64,000 bases of DNA from the human T2T-CHM13v2.0 reference genome, Homo sapiens: NCBI RefSeq assembly GCF_009914755.1, contig NC_060927.1; one strand, written 5' to 3'. The notes under the pieces were generated by a model. That model did no database searches. It saw nothing but the letters and a program-made list of their open reading frames with translations, and was not told the origin of the DNA. The position numbers and the translations under genes are program-made. Below are positions 42,051 through 57,364 of the stretch, one piece after another. Each line of letters opens with the position of its first letter. Position 1 is the first letter of the stretch.

Positions 42051-43735
42051 AAAAAAAATAGATTTACAAGACATTTATTTGGGGAAAAAAAGAATGCCTG
42101 AGGGTTGAAATGGAGAGGAAGCCAGAGAGACAGAGTCCTCAGAATACATAAAATTTCTGGCCTCCATGGAGGTGTGATGGTTAATTTTATGCATGTCAAC
42201 TTCGCTGGGCCACAGGATGCCCCATATATGATCGAACATTATTTCTGGTTGTGTTCATGAAGCTTTTTCTGGAGGAAATTCGCATTTGAATTGATGGACT
42301 GAATAAAGCAGATTGCAGTCCCCAGTGTGGATGGGCTTGATCCAGTCTTCTAAGGACCCAAATAAAATAGGTGGAGGAAGCTTGAATTTTCTGCCTGACT
42401 GTGGCGCTGGGACACCCATCTTCTCCTGCCCTTGAACTGGGACTGACACCATCAGTGCTCCTGGTTCTCAGACCTTCGGACAGCAGACTTGGGGCCTTCT
42501 CGGCCTCCATTATTGTGTAAGCCAATTCCTTATAATAAATAAGGGTTTATTTATTGATAAATCCTTATAGGTTGATTATAAATCCTTATTAATTGATTGA
42601 TAGAGCCATAGGTTTTATTGATCCTGTTTCTCTGGAGAACCCTGACTAATACAGAAGGAGAGAGGGAAGAAAGGCGGGTTGAGTAGCAGAAAGCTTAGGC
42701 TGTAGCACAATTCCGATAAAGTTTAAGGTCAGCTGATGAAGAACACTCAAACCAAAGTCGCCCATTGGAGGAGCCCCCTACCTCACAGGAATAGGCCTGC
42801 ATTATTAGTATACCTTCTTCATTCAGTTATTGTTATTCTTATGGAAACAACCCATGGGAAATGTAGCCTTGGCATGACTGTATCAATGGATTCAGAGAGC
42901 AGTAGCGGGGACCCCCCCAGTCAATTACGTTCCACAGCAAGAGATCTCAGTGGTGCATATCCACTGCTGGCTCAGTCCACCCCTTGGGCTGCACAGCTCT
43001 ATTCAGGCCTAGCTGCCAGGAAGATTACTAGGTATCATTGTCAACTCAGGCTCTGTGCCCAGTAAACCTGGAAATGTCTGGATATTCTTCCTTGCCAGCA
43101 TATAGTCATAAATCTATTTGGGGAAGAACTTGCCATTTCATCAAAGTCTGTACATGTATAGCAGGGTTCTTCCTCCTAGTGACCTGTGACCTAGTAACCC
43201 AGCCACCTATGGGTTCTTCCATCTGTGGCTTCCTTACCTGAAAAGTGCTTCAGGTCTAGGAACTGAGAAAGGGATTGTGATGTGTCATTGGAGCCAGTGC
43301 GGTTCCATTCGTGCCTTATTTGGTTATAGGCGTTAAGCAGCATTCTTGTTAGATGCCCATCTATTTTGCCTATAGGGGTGTTACTTTCAATTAATTATCT
43401 CCTAAACACCCTGTGAATCAAACCCCCTTAACTACCCCTCCAATTTCACCAGTTGTTATAGTAATTATGGCCTCTTGACTTTTGGTAATTAAGCACTAGT
43501 CCTCCAGAGCCCTCTATTACTTGAGGGTCCATTACCCCTGAATCATATTAACAATCCCAGCTCTGTGACCACCTCATTTACCATCAGCCCTGGTCTAAAG
43601 AGTAAAGCCACTACTGCACTTAGTGATACTGGTACCTTCTCACAGGCTCATTCTTGGTGGCCTTAGTGAATTGTCACTATTTCATGACATATTCATCACA
43701 GTATATCCATCACATATTCATTCATCTGACCCTTA
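42050..43735 (-). mobile_element. LTR16-like LTR plus ERVL (ERV3-16A3-like) internal fragment, split by MLT2
   Basis: LTR16-like segments on both sides of MLT2; gtccacccctt (reverse PPT) at ~42975 followed by internal-like sequence. Confidence 0.55.
42173..42653 (+). mobile_element. MLT2 (ERVL) solo LTR
   Basis: tgtgatggttaattttatg...ctctggagaaccctgactaataca; TSD ggagg/gaagg. Confidence 0.92.
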
Positions 43736-44085
43736 TGAAGGTGTGATGGTTAATTTCATCACAGTACATACATGCCATTGTATAGCAGGTCCTTAACTAA
43801 TATAGCAACACCAACGTTCTCAGGCAGAACCAATAGACCCTGTTGAAGGGCAGGCAAGCCCAGAGCAAACCATCTATATGCAGTTCTTTTAACAGCCTGC
43901 AAGGCACTGTAAGATTAGGGAGACGTTTATCGAATTATGTTCTGTGGAAAACTAGTTCCATAGGATATGAACTGATGTCAGGAGAAAAATTAAATTAGAA
44001 ATTTGCTTCAGTGCCAGATTCTCAAAGCCATTCGTATGTGAATGTTTAGTGCAACTCTCCAAAAGAGATGATTTGATGTGTTACA

Positions 44086-44514
44086 TGTGGCAGTAGTATG
44101 ATGTGCAGCCCAGATCCCCCTTCAAAGAACGGCTTGCTCCCCACTTGCTGGGTGTGATGTTAGCAGGCAGCCTGCAGCTGTCAGCCCTCTTCAGGAATTG
44201 GCATAGCTGTAGAAAACCACTTCACCTAAGGTCACACTTTTTTGTGGAGTGGCCCATAGCCAAGGATTGATCAGTGTGGAGATACAAAGTTGTTCTCTTG
44301 CCCATCTGAGGACATCTCCGAGGGCCGTTTTAACTCCAGAGCTCCCTGTGGGGTTGGCCAAGGCTGTCGTTGGACCTACATTATAACTCATTTTCTCCCA
44401 ATTCCGCTTCTCTCTCTCTTTGAACAAATGTTTGGCAAAAGGCACTTCTTAATAAATATCCTGCAATTAAAGTATATCTCAGAATCTGCATCCTGGAGAA
44501 TACTGTCTGAGACA
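44086..44514 (+). mobile_element. LTR16-like solo LTR
   Basis: cccagatcccccttca...aataaatatcctgca...ctcagaatctgcatcctggagaa...gagaca. Confidence 0.75.
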
Positions 44515-44563
44515 CCCCACTTTCTAATTTTGTTTGCCCATCAAAGCCCATTCCCCGCCCCCC

Positions 44564-44854
<291 letters not shown>

Positions 44855-46376
44855 TAAAACCCTTTTTCATAGAGTACCTAACAAGAGTAGGCCTTAAGAA
44901 ATATATTCTGGATGCTGGTAAGTGCAGGTGTGAGAACTAAGTACCTATGTGGAAAGTAAGGGGAGGGGTACCCGAGACTTAAATCTCAGCTTATGAATTC
45001 CTTTGAGATTTGAAACTAGCTTAATTTTGATGTGTAACTCTAATGCTTAAAGTACTGCAGGATCTACTATCTATGGAGGTGCTACGGAGAGGATCTAAAT
45101 ATTATGTGACCTATGCAAATAAATTTTCTTTTCTCTGTAACAGTGTTTAAAACTCTAAGATAATCCGTGGTTGTCAGGTAAAATGCACTCATGTCTATCT
45201 GACAGATACAAATGTTTTGCATTCCAGCTGCTTTTAGATATTTAACGGGAGAGGAAAAGAGAAAATATGATTAAAGCCTTTGAAAGTCCATTTCCAAGAA
45301 ATAAAAACTGCAGTAGGAATTCTACAAAACTGAAAAATCTTCAGGACTGGAAGATCTATCCAGAAAAGCCCAGTGGATTATAATAACTTATTAAAATATT
45401 TGTTTGGCAAGCCACTGACTAATACCACTTTAAGATATGAATGCATTACCAAAAAAAATTGGAGTGAGTAGTTTTTACAAGTCTTTGAAATAATCATATT
45501 TGTATTTTGACACTAATTTGAAACAAGGAGCTGGCTTGAAATATTAAACCTAAGTGATCAGAGACAATGAGCTATCAGACTGCATGATCAACGTAGAGCA
45601 ATCTCCACATAAGATGAGATGCATGCAGCCTCTACAAATTTGGCTTGGGGAGGAGTTTGCTTCGCTCGCTTGAATAAGCCACTGTCTATGGCTCACAAGG
45701 GTCCCGTTCTTAATGAGGTGGTGCGTAGCAGCAACACACTGTGAATCCAAATAGCAGATGGCAACACTGTTGAGTAGGCTGGCAGTCTGATGTCTAGCCA
45801 CCAACTGGCAGCAATCATTATTAAACTGATTCATGTGCCCAGGGAAAATCTTCATAAGAGTCTTAGCAAATGTGAGCAGCAAGAAGCAAATGATCTGCTA
45901 TTCCTATCTGCTATGAGTACTACCTATATTTCTTAAAATATTTTTCCCCAGTGCAACCTACACAAAGAAATGGCATGTTATGTGCACTGGAGGCCCTATT
46001 CCTTTCCTATAGATGCATGTATACCTTTAAACATGATAGCTGTGATTTCTCTATTTGGTGAATAGCTTTCCCTTGACGGAAATAGCTTCATAGCATTCAC
46101 CCTATGGATTTGTTGCACATATTCAATGATAGGCAAGCACTCATAGATTCTGTAAATAAATAACTGAACATATTCTATCTCACATAATGAAGCAATGGCC
46201 TACATTGCTCATAGTCCATCTACATGAGACAGGTAACTCATCCTTGGGTGAAAAGTTTGTTACACTCACACTTGGTTAGGAAAGCAGACTAAGAAAGGCT
46301 CTAGCTTTAGAAAACTTATGTAAGGATCTTTCTACAAGAAAATCTTAAAGGTATACATTTAAAAGTTAAGTCTTTA

Positions 46377-46812
<436 letters not shown>

Positions 46813-47565
46813 TTATTGAAAAACAAAACCCTGCTTTATTCACTTACAAAATACTTACAGTTAAATTAAAAAACAAAAATTCTAGCCATTCTCTAAATCT
46901 TCATTACATTTTTAAAAATTAAGATACTAGAATTCTTTTACATGCTCATAATAACAAGGGGAAAGCTGCAGTTAAATGTCAGATATTCCACATGTTAAAA
47001 AATATATTTTATTTTATGTTCCATTTATGGTAATTTTTTAATAGAAGCAAAATTTAAAATCTTTTTTAAGAAGTAATAAAATCACTCTGAATGGATTATT
47101 TTTGGCTTTATCAATTTGATAAATCAATCCAGGCTGAAATATCATTTATAACTTCTAGAGTGAGTGCCCCTGCTCTTGTCTCAAATATGAGAGTGATTAT
47201 CAACCAAAGTTAGATACCCCAGCCCTGGCAGTCAAACTCAAAAGCAAGCTTGCACGCCGTCTCTCAAGTCTCTCAGCATTCTCCCCAAACAAGAAATCAA
47301 GTGCCAGAGCTTATACACTTAATATTTGAGACCAAAAAAGAAAACTCCAAACAAGAGATTTACTCAAATGTGCTTGTCTCCCAGTTACTTTATAAGAAGT
47401 AAATCCATGTCAGAAGAAAAGATGCCCATGTCTTGTTCTGCATGGGAAATAAGTGCCATGTACTAAAAGAAGCCTAAAAATGGTGGCACAAGTTTCTTTA
47501 AATGGCTAAAATCCCTCAAAATACTGAACATCTCATCAGACCATCAAGAGTTATGTTTTTTGTCA

Positions 47566-47847
<282 letters not shown>

Positions 47848-48109
47848 TTAGGGTGTACTCAATGGTAAGTATAAAGGGAAACCAGCAATGGGTAGGCTAG
47901 TTCAAAAGATGTATTATATTTCCAGATATTCTGATAACAGTGATAAAGACTTGATGGTGAATAGGTATGTCGATAGCAGTACTGCAGATGCTCAGTTTGA
48001 GTAAGTCACCCACACTACCAAAAGATGAATATTCTTTTTGAGAACAGAAGAATTCTAGTAATCATGAGCTAAGGATGCTGGAAATTCATTCCTGAAAATG
48101 TATATGTAC

Positions 48110-48550
48110 CAAGTAGTTGTTTTCTGTTCTCCCATTCTTCATTAAACCTGTCCTTATCAAGAACACCAATGATGTCCATCTTGTCCAAATCAACGTTTCA
48201 TACTCAGACTCTCACTTACTCTAATTCTCAGAGGCATTTAATGCAGTTGATCACTACCATCATCTGGAAACACTTCCTTGGCTTGGTTTCTAGAACAACA
48301 GTATATGACTAGTTTTCCTTTTTCCTTATTGGAAGTTCATTGTCCATCTCCTGTTTAGCTCCTTATCAAAATCCTGACCTTTGACATTTGACTGTTGTTC
48401 TTAAATACACTGTGTAGATTCTGATATCTGAATGAACTAGACACTCTGCTATGTACATTCTAATGAGGACAGGGACTATGTGTGTCTGGTTCACTGCCAA
48501 TGTCTAATACATGGTGGACATTCAAATATTCGTTGAAGGAATGAACGAAT
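48110..48550 (+). mobile_element. L2 LINE fragments
   Basis: gcatttaatgcagttgatcac...gaaacacttccttggcttgg; 3' end ttgaaggaatgaacgaat. Confidence 0.7.
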
Positions 48551-48619
48551 ACTAGAACAACATATGCAGTTTGAATAGATGAGTGTAAGTATAATGAGGA
48601 TGATCTGGATATTAAATAG

Positions 48620-49100
48620 TTCCTAACATTATTTAATTGAGGTAGGTTTTAAATATTAGAATCCTCATCTTTTTAGAGTATGAAATTGATATTTAGACAG
48701 GTCAAATAACTTGCCCAAGAACACACAGCTACAAAGTGTCAGAGCTGAGACGTCTTCTGCTGTGCTAGTCCAAGGTCATGCTCTTGACTCAGTGCTATAC
48801 TTATTGATAAATACAACAGAAAATGAGGAATAGGAACCCGAGTTCAGCTTATATTTCTCCTGGTCCTCTGCTACAACTGCGGTTGATGTTTCTGATGGTA
48901 GCAGGACTACAAATACTAGTTGTTGTTGTTGGTTTTTTTTTTTTTTACATTCAGAAAGAAGAGGATCGTGTCCTCATCTGTAAAATAGAAATGAAAATGC
49001 TACCAATCTACCTTCTTTTGATGGTAATTTAAGGCTAAAATAAGATAATCGACATGCCACATATAAGTCACAATACCAAAATCATGGGGGATTTTCATGT
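48620..49100. mobile_element. two MIR fragments in opposite orientation
   Basis: aaataacttgcccaagaacacacagct (minus); tcctcatctgtaaaatagaaat (plus). Confidence 0.6.
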
Positions 49101-50239
49101 ATTAATTATTACTACTTGGAGGTACTAAAAGAAGATCTGAAGTGGAGAGACAAAAAATGTCCTTACTGATTAGAGAAGCAGGAAGAAGGCAGTCAAGAAG
49201 GAGCTAGAACATTCCTTACTGACCTAACTCAGGAAAAAAAAAGAAACGCAATATTCTGTGGTTCCCCTGTTAACAGATAACAAACACCCACTACACAATT
49301 AAAGAATTAAAAGTTCATTGACTTAGCCATACTACATTTTCTTTTAAAACAAAAATCATAAGGACAAAAATCTGCTGATGCTGTGAGATAAAACCGATGA
49401 TTCTGCAGTCAATTTGTTTTGTACCTGTGTGGTTTTACCTTCCATTCACCCACTGAGACATTACAATCAGTGTATCCTAGGGATGATTGGAGATAAAGTA
49501 GGCAGAGGAAATTAGGTTAATGAGGAAGCATAGAGAAAGGCAGTCCTGGGACCTCCTGTTCTTCAGAATATACAGGTCTTTAAACTGTAATCAGGTAGCA
49601 CAGTTAGGAATATTCTCAAAATTTACTTTCACCACTGGATTCCAGCTTGTAATATTCAATTACTATAGAAAATGATGATCAGAATGGACTTAAATTCTGA
49701 AACTTCACTTAGGGATTTTATTCAGGTTATCTTCTTCCTTTGTTGGCAATATAGCCATCAAATCTCCATTAGGGAGAGATACCCAGGTTTCTTGGTCATG
49801 GTTGTGTCTCCACTGTGAGTGTCACACAAGACATATAAGTCAGTTAACAAAAATATTTCCTAAATGAAAGAATGCAGATGGCTGACTGGGTTGAGCTTTG
49901 GAGTCACTCAGATCAATATTTAAATCTCAGTTGAGGTACTTAGCAAATAAAAGACAGCCTCAGCCTCAATACGCTCATTATTTAAATTGATAGAGTCCTC
50001 ACAAGGGAGTTTTAAAGATCTCATGATAATTTACTTAAAGTAATTAGATTGCCTGGCACAGCCAGTTTTCAATAAAGCATGGCCGTTATTATCAAAGTTG
50101 CTAATCATTGAAATGGCAATACCAAAATTGGCTGTAATTTTATTTTCACTAGTTTTTGATTGTTTGTAAAAAGAGAGATCTGTATGTGTGTTTAGAGATA
50201 ACCTATTCTAGAGATTTAGGAACCTATCCAACAACCACT

Positions 50240-50530
50240 TTGTCTTTTGTGCTGCTATAGCAGAATGACTGAGACTGGGTAATTTATAATGCACAGAAAT
50301 GTATTGGCTCACAGTCCTGGAGGATGGGAAGTCCAAGGTCAAGATGCCAATATTTGGCAAGGACCTTCTTGCTGCATCCACACATGGTGGAAGAAGAGGG
50401 TGAAAGAAGGGGCTGAACTTGCCCTTTTATGGTGGTACTGATCCCACCCATGATTCGGGAACCCTCGTGACCTAACTCTTACAAGTCAATGGTACTTAAA
50501 TTTTAACATGAGTTTTCAAACCATAAAACA
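50240..50530 (-). mobile_element. MST-like solo LTR
   Basis: tgctgctatagcagaatgactgagactgggtaatttataa...ggaagtccaaggtcaag...caaaccata. Confidence 0.8.
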
Positions 50531-51819
50531 CCTCCAAGGTGGTTTTTAACTTTACTTATTAATTGATTAAATTAATTAATTAAATTGGGTCCAAAGAACA
50601 ATTGCTAAGCATTTACTATGCGCTAAGATGAATGAGTGCTTTTCTTCATTTCAAAGTCTTCCCATTGCTTTAGTCTCTGGAGATCAGCTTTCATGGTGCC
50701 TATACTTGAGTGATGAGTAGCAAGGCCATGTGAAGTTGAAGAGACATGAACAAGAAATGTGACATGGTTCATGATGGCTGAAGGGAAATATGGCTGCTAA
50801 TAAATTTGCAGTCAGATCATGGAAGACTTTAAATGATGAAGTGAAATATTTGGACTTCATTCAAGCCTTTTGGAGAGAAATGTCAAAAACATTAACCTCA
50901 CAATGAAGTGAAAAACAAAGCTAGAAGTCTTGTTGTAGATAACAAACTGACTCAAGGAACACACATATTGTTAAGACTGGAAGAATGGCATTTAAAGTTC
51001 TTTCTAGTAGTGTTTGAAATATATCAGAAGGAAGGAAGTCTGGAACTAAGGTCATAAAAGGTAGGAAGCTATTTCAATAGGTCAAGAGTGAGGTAATAAG
51101 AGGCTAAACCAAGGCAGAAAAAAAGACACATGAGATATGCTGGGTGGTGCTCCACGACTCTTCATAACTTTGGGCTAACTCCTTTAAAGCCAGGGAATTT
51201 GGTTAAATAAAAAAATGGAAATCCACATCTGTCTCAACATTTGTACTTTCAGAGGTATAAATGTTTCCATTTTAAAAATTATACATGAAACAAATAGCAA
51301 GTTAATCTGGCATACTGTCATGCTAGCCAGAAATGTGTGTGAGCAGTTTTGTAAACTGTGCCTTCTTTTCCATTCTAGCATTACTCTGTCTTTTTCCATG
51401 CTGTCCTTGTCTTCCTCCTGGATTTTCAGTTGACTCCTCCCTTAAACTTTAGATTTAGCTGGCAAGTACAAAACCCCTTGCAACCAGCAAGACATATTCT
51501 TCTAACTTTGAATCTGGCCCATTTTTGTGTGATGACACTTTCCTAAAGAGACTAATATTGTATCTGTGAGAAAAAGTCCGATGTGTGACTTTTCATTATA
51601 AAAATATCCACTGAGTACATAACATTACTCAAAAAAACAAGAAAGTGTACAGAACAAGTAAACAACTAAAAGGGCAGCAAGACAAGATGAATGTTTCCTA
51701 GTCAAAACATGAGAATACATTTTGTTATCTGTGAAATGTAGAAAGGTTATCCCGAGAGATAGCTAAGGTTAAAAAGTACTATGAGAGATACACTCACACA
51801 CAATTATAGATAAATATAC

Positions 51820-52350
51820 TAATAGAGACATATAAATACCAAATTCATCATATTCACTCTTCCCCAATGGCTGCTCTTTTGTATCCCACCCAACTCCACT
51901 CTATTATTCATTGGGTTATTAAAATCAGAGACCTGGGAAGCACACTTAACTTGTCCCTTCCCCTAATCTCCCATACCTAATTACTAAAAATCTTCTAGTT
52001 ATATTCTATTAACTAAATTTACCTTGCCCTTACCTAATTCCTTTGCCCTTACCTAATTTGTATAGGATAAAGTACAAACTCTTTAGTATGGCATAAAGGT
52101 CCATTAGATAGAGCCACATTACAACCTTATCTCCTATCCTTCCCCCATTATATACACATGAACTTGCTGTTCCCTCTGCTTGGAATGATTCCAAAAAGGA
52201 GCAAGGATCATTTCCTCTGAGAACCCTACAATGCTCCCTGCAGCCCAAGCATACTTTCTTAAAGCACTTAATACTTACCCTCAATATTTTCTATAACTTA
52301 CCTGCCTCTACCACTAGACTTAATGAAATTCTTGAAGTTAGAGATGTTGC
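51820..52350 (+). mobile_element. L2 LINE fragment
   Basis: ggataaagtacaaactctttagtatggcataaagg...tgctgttccctctgcttggaatg. Confidence 0.7.
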
Positions 52351-53458
52351 TGCATCTATCACAGTGAGAATCATCCAAAGCACGCACAAGCACACACCAT
52401 TTATTGTCACTGTTAATATGACTTTACGATTCAACTACCATCATTAGCATCTCTTCACTATTTCAAGAGACTTCTGCCCAGGAAGATTACCTTACAAGTG
52501 ATAATACAGTATTGTTCATCCCCGGAACTTCTCTGAAATCCATCAATTCTTCACTAGAAAATATTAACCAGCAGTTCACATCCTGAGATTCTTTACATAA
52601 TGAATGTAGATGAAATAAATATATTTAAATATATTACAATTATAGTAATGTAATAGGGAATGGAGGAGACTTATTAATGAATAAAATGTACAAATTAAAG
52701 TACACTTTACTCTCTTTCTCTATAGTGTCTGACAATTATTCCCACTACTCAAAGTAAAAATACCAAGACAATGAGAAGGAGAAAATCTTCACAATTTTCT
52801 GAGCTCTGTAAAGAAATGCTTTTTTTCAGGTAAATCTTTGATCAAAACAAAGGCATGGTCAAAAATATCCTTAAACAGTCAATCCTGCACAGTGCTTGAG
52901 TCTATGCAACTACCAGTGACATGGAAATTGACTGATGGTGATTTTTAATATACCAAAAATTTTTAGAACAAAAAATAACCACACATACGCTGATCTGCTT
53001 AAAATACAATACATGTTAGTATTTACTGGGCTTTCATTCATCTCATCTCCTTTTCTTCTTTTACTCAATTCATTTTACCTAAACTCTCACCCTTTGCTTA
53101 CTTCTAATAATCTTTCTCTCTGTCCTGTAGCAAGCATGAACTGCCATCAGAAAAATTGCCTATAAATTCAGCTTTCCCTTTGGTTAGTCTCTATAACCTT
53201 TTTGCTTTAAATGAAACTTGGCAGTGCCCTGAGAACACAACTTACCCTTGATCCTTCTCTCATACTCTATCTTGGTTGATTCCAGTGCTACAGAGAAAAA
53301 ATGCACAAGATAAGCTTGGAATATCTTGTCATACACATAACAAAGAAGATAGTGAAGACACCCAGGGTCATATTAGGAGGACCCAGGAGCTAACTTAGAG
53401 AGGCTTTCAGTGGTCAAAGATAGGAACATTTTAACATCATTAAGAATAACACTACAAT

Positions 53459-53818
<360 letters not shown>

Positions 53819-54764
53819 CTATACTAAAAATTATTGGGGATGCCAGGGAATCATCTCATTATTTTGAAAACATGATTTTGAAACAATCATGTATTTACAT
53901 GAGCTGTAACACTGTTCTATTAAATAGGAGATGAAGGAAAATTTCTGTTTGTAAAACTGTTCTAAGGGATTTCCAATCTCAGCCATGCATGATAAAATAG
54001 CTGGTATTGAACTAACCCTTCTGCCAAAAACAACTATAAAAGCTGGTTGACATACAAATCAACTGTTTGAAGGCATTGGCAAACAAACAGTACAGGCTGG
54101 ACTTTCTCAGTCCCTGAAAGAAGGAAAGCACATATGGTGAGGTCTGTATTCATGCTATGACTTTTTTCTGAGAGCATTTTTCAAATAATGACTAAGGGAA
54201 ATATAGCTCAAACCAAAAGTGACAGTCTTATTGGACTGAGAGGAAAGAGGTCTGAGTTCAGAGCGGCCAATATGGCTTGGAATTGAGTCTCAAAATTTCA
54301 GATAGTAAACAGATTGAGAGAAGGATACAAAAATCTTCATTCAAATTCCTCAACTCATGTTACCAACGCTAGCACAAATAGTGACAGGTGGGTAAATGGA
54401 GTTAAACTGTTGAGCATTTTTATATTTGACAGTAACTGGTGAAGTTACTAATTTAAGACTGCAATAAGATATGGATGAATATATTATAATTATATGGAAA
54501 GCACTAAAAGAATTTTCTTAAATATGTAACTAAAAAACTGATAGAGGGAATATGGAATAATAAATGACACTGATTAATCCAAAATAATTCAAGAAAGGAA
54601 AAGTAAAATATCAAGGACAGATAGGACATACAGAAAACAAATAGCAAGTTGGTAGACTTAAATCCAACTATATTAGTAGTTATATGAGATACAAATGGAC
54701 CAAAGACTTCAATTAAAAGACAGAGACTGTCATACTAAATTAAAAAAAAAAAAAAACGAACAAT

Positions 54765-54977
54765 CACCAGCCTGGGCAACATGGCAAAACCTCATCTCTA
54801 CAAAAAATATATAAAAATTAGCTGGACATGGTGGCATGCACTTGTAGTCCCAGCTTCTTGCTGGGGCTGAGGTGGGAGGATCACTTGCACCCAGGAGGTC
54901 AAGGCTGCAGTGAGCTGTGTTCATGCCACTGCACTCCAGCCTGGGTGACGAAGTGAGACCCTGTCTCAAAAACAAAA
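54765..54977 (+). mobile_element. 5'-truncated AluJ
   Basis: ccagcctgggcaacatggcaaaacc...aggaggtcaaggctgcagtgagc. Confidence 0.92.
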
Positions 54978-55151
54978 TTCCACAGTATGCTGTTTACAAG
55001 AGACACACTTTAAATACAAGGGCACAGAAAACTTGAAAGTAAAAATATACACCATGGAATGGTATGGAAAATATATATACCATGCAGAAACTAAACAGGA
55101 GGATGCTAGTATAATTTTATTAATACCAAGTAACGTAGACTTTAAGATAAG

Positions 55152-55516
55152 TGTATTAGTCCGATCTCAGGCTGCTATAAAGAACTGCCCAAGACTGGGT
55201 AATTATAAAGGAAAGAGGTTTAATTGACTCACAGTTCTGCATGGCTGGGGAGGCCTCAGGAAACTTACAATTATGGCAGAAGGGGAAGCAAACATGTCCT
55301 TTTTCACACGGTAGCTACAGAGAGAAGCAGGGAAAAGCCCCTTATAAAACAATCAGATCTCATGAGAACTCACTTGTTATCATGAGTACAACATGGGAGA
55401 ACCACCCCCATGATCTAATCACCTCCCACAAGGTCCCTCCCCCAACACATGGGGATTATAATTCAGATTACATTTCAAGATGAGATTTTGGGTGGGGACA
55501 CAGCCAAATCATGTCA
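55152..55516 (-). mobile_element. THE1C/D solo LTR
   Basis: tgtattagtcc...gggtggggacacagccaaatcatgtca; exact TSD ataag on both sides. Confidence 0.95.
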
Positions 55517-56178
55517 ATAAGTATTACTGGAAATAGTCAAAATGATAAATAGGAAAATAAAACATTCCTAAATTTGTATCACCTAATACAGTATATAAAG
55601 ACAACAGTGACAAATCCACAATCATATTTGGAAATGTTACAATCACTGACAGAACAAGCAGACACAAAATTCAAAAAATCTGTAAGAAAATAGAAAATTT
55701 GAACAATATAATCAACCACCTTAACGTAATTGACATATAGACAACACTATAGCCAACAACTGCAAAGTGCACATTTTTTCCAAGCGCACTTAGACATTTA
55801 CCAAAATAAACTAAAGCAAATCTCAACAAATTTCAAAGAATTGAGTATATTCTTATAGAGTATGTTCTTTGACCAGAGTGGGATTAGACTAAAGGATGGG
55901 GACATAAAGATACTAGAAAATTCCTAAATGTTTGGAAATTAGCAATATACTTCTAAATAATCTATTAATAAGAGGAAAAAATGCAATGGAAGTCACAAAA
56001 ATAGTACAGGTTCTTACAAATCACTTTTGTAAGTTGATATGCTTTTGAATTATCCATTTCATACAACAGATTTTTGGAAAACTTTAGAGGAAGCTTGTGG
56101 TCTTACTCCATTTCTCTAACCTTTTTTTTTTTCCAATTATAATTCCAGCAACTACTAGACTTACGTTTTTAAAGAACT

Positions 56179-56802
56179 GTGAAGGGTCTGTCTGAGATTT
56201 TTTTCTACTTGCTAAGAAGTTAGCCTATTACAATTTTAAGATGCTGGAAGAAGGCTCAAGACTCCTGGGTCAGAGCTAAAGAAATTTATTTCTTACAACA
56301 CAGCAAGCAGCATGAGCTTCAAGTTTTTCATTGGTTTCCATGTCTTCCAAATCTCATGGGAGTGATATGGTGCATCTCAGATGGATGCAGCTCACTAGGG
56401 TGACCACCTCCCTCATTTACCTAAGACCAAGGGGTTTCCTAATATTCAAGATTTACTTTACTGTAAACAGGAAAGTCTCAGGCAAATTCTGACAAGTTTG
56501 TCATCCTGTACACACAAGACTTATATAAGAGCTGAGATTCCCTGAGCTTAGGAGATAGCAGACTTTTAAAGGGACTGCCAGTAACTTGTCCATCCTTTGC
56601 CCTGGAAAGAGACATTATCTTTATTATTCTAAATAGAAAGCAAATCTGTCCTTTGCTTTGGAGGGAGACATTATCTTTACCTTCCAAAACTGTTTGCCAT
56701 GCAAACACACTTAAGAAGACATTTCAGAATAAAAGCTGTCCATGTATCTGCTCTGAAGATGTACAGAAATGCAAAAGATCTGTGGAAAATTGTTTCCCAA
56801 CA
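56179..56802 (-). mobile_element. LTR40-like (ERVL) solo LTR
   Basis: tgtgaagggtctg...aagactcctgggtcagag...gaaaattgtttcccaaca. Confidence 0.8.
56396..56508. mobile_element. MER94-like element nested in LTR40
   Basis: TIRs tagggtgacca and ttgtcatcct. Confidence 0.65.
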
Positions 56803-57364
56803 ATATTTTTATAAAATTACAGTACAGTTATAGCACATTCATCTCTACTAATCTGTATGCTGGCTTAGAAGAGGAAAATCCTACACTCTTCTAAATTTTC
56901 ACCGAGTTTCCTTTCTTAATAATCCAATACAAAATGTTTGCTCATTATTTTTAATAGGAAGTTTGTGAAAGGCACCTAAGTATACTGAAAGAGGTCCTCT
57001 ATCTCTCAAGAATAAGTTGCTATTTTGTCTCAGTAGCAAAGATTTAACAAAGAAAAAGATATTTTCTACTGTCACAATCATCCAAGGACATACTAACTAA
57101 ATCCTTCCCTTGGCATCTAGCAAAAGAGGTCAGGGTCTGTGAATAAGGCAAGGGAATTTAGGAGTGGGAGGAGTAAATCAGAAAACAAAACCAAAACCAA
57201 AAAAAAAAAAAAAAAGAAAAAGAAAACCCCGTGTTCCTTTTGGTAAATGAAGCATATCCTAGGAGATCAAACTAATCTGGACTTTATGGAAATGTGTGCA
57301 GTCAATTTCCTTGGAATTCATCAGCCCGTAGGTTCTAGTCACTCATATTGACTGTAATAATGCA

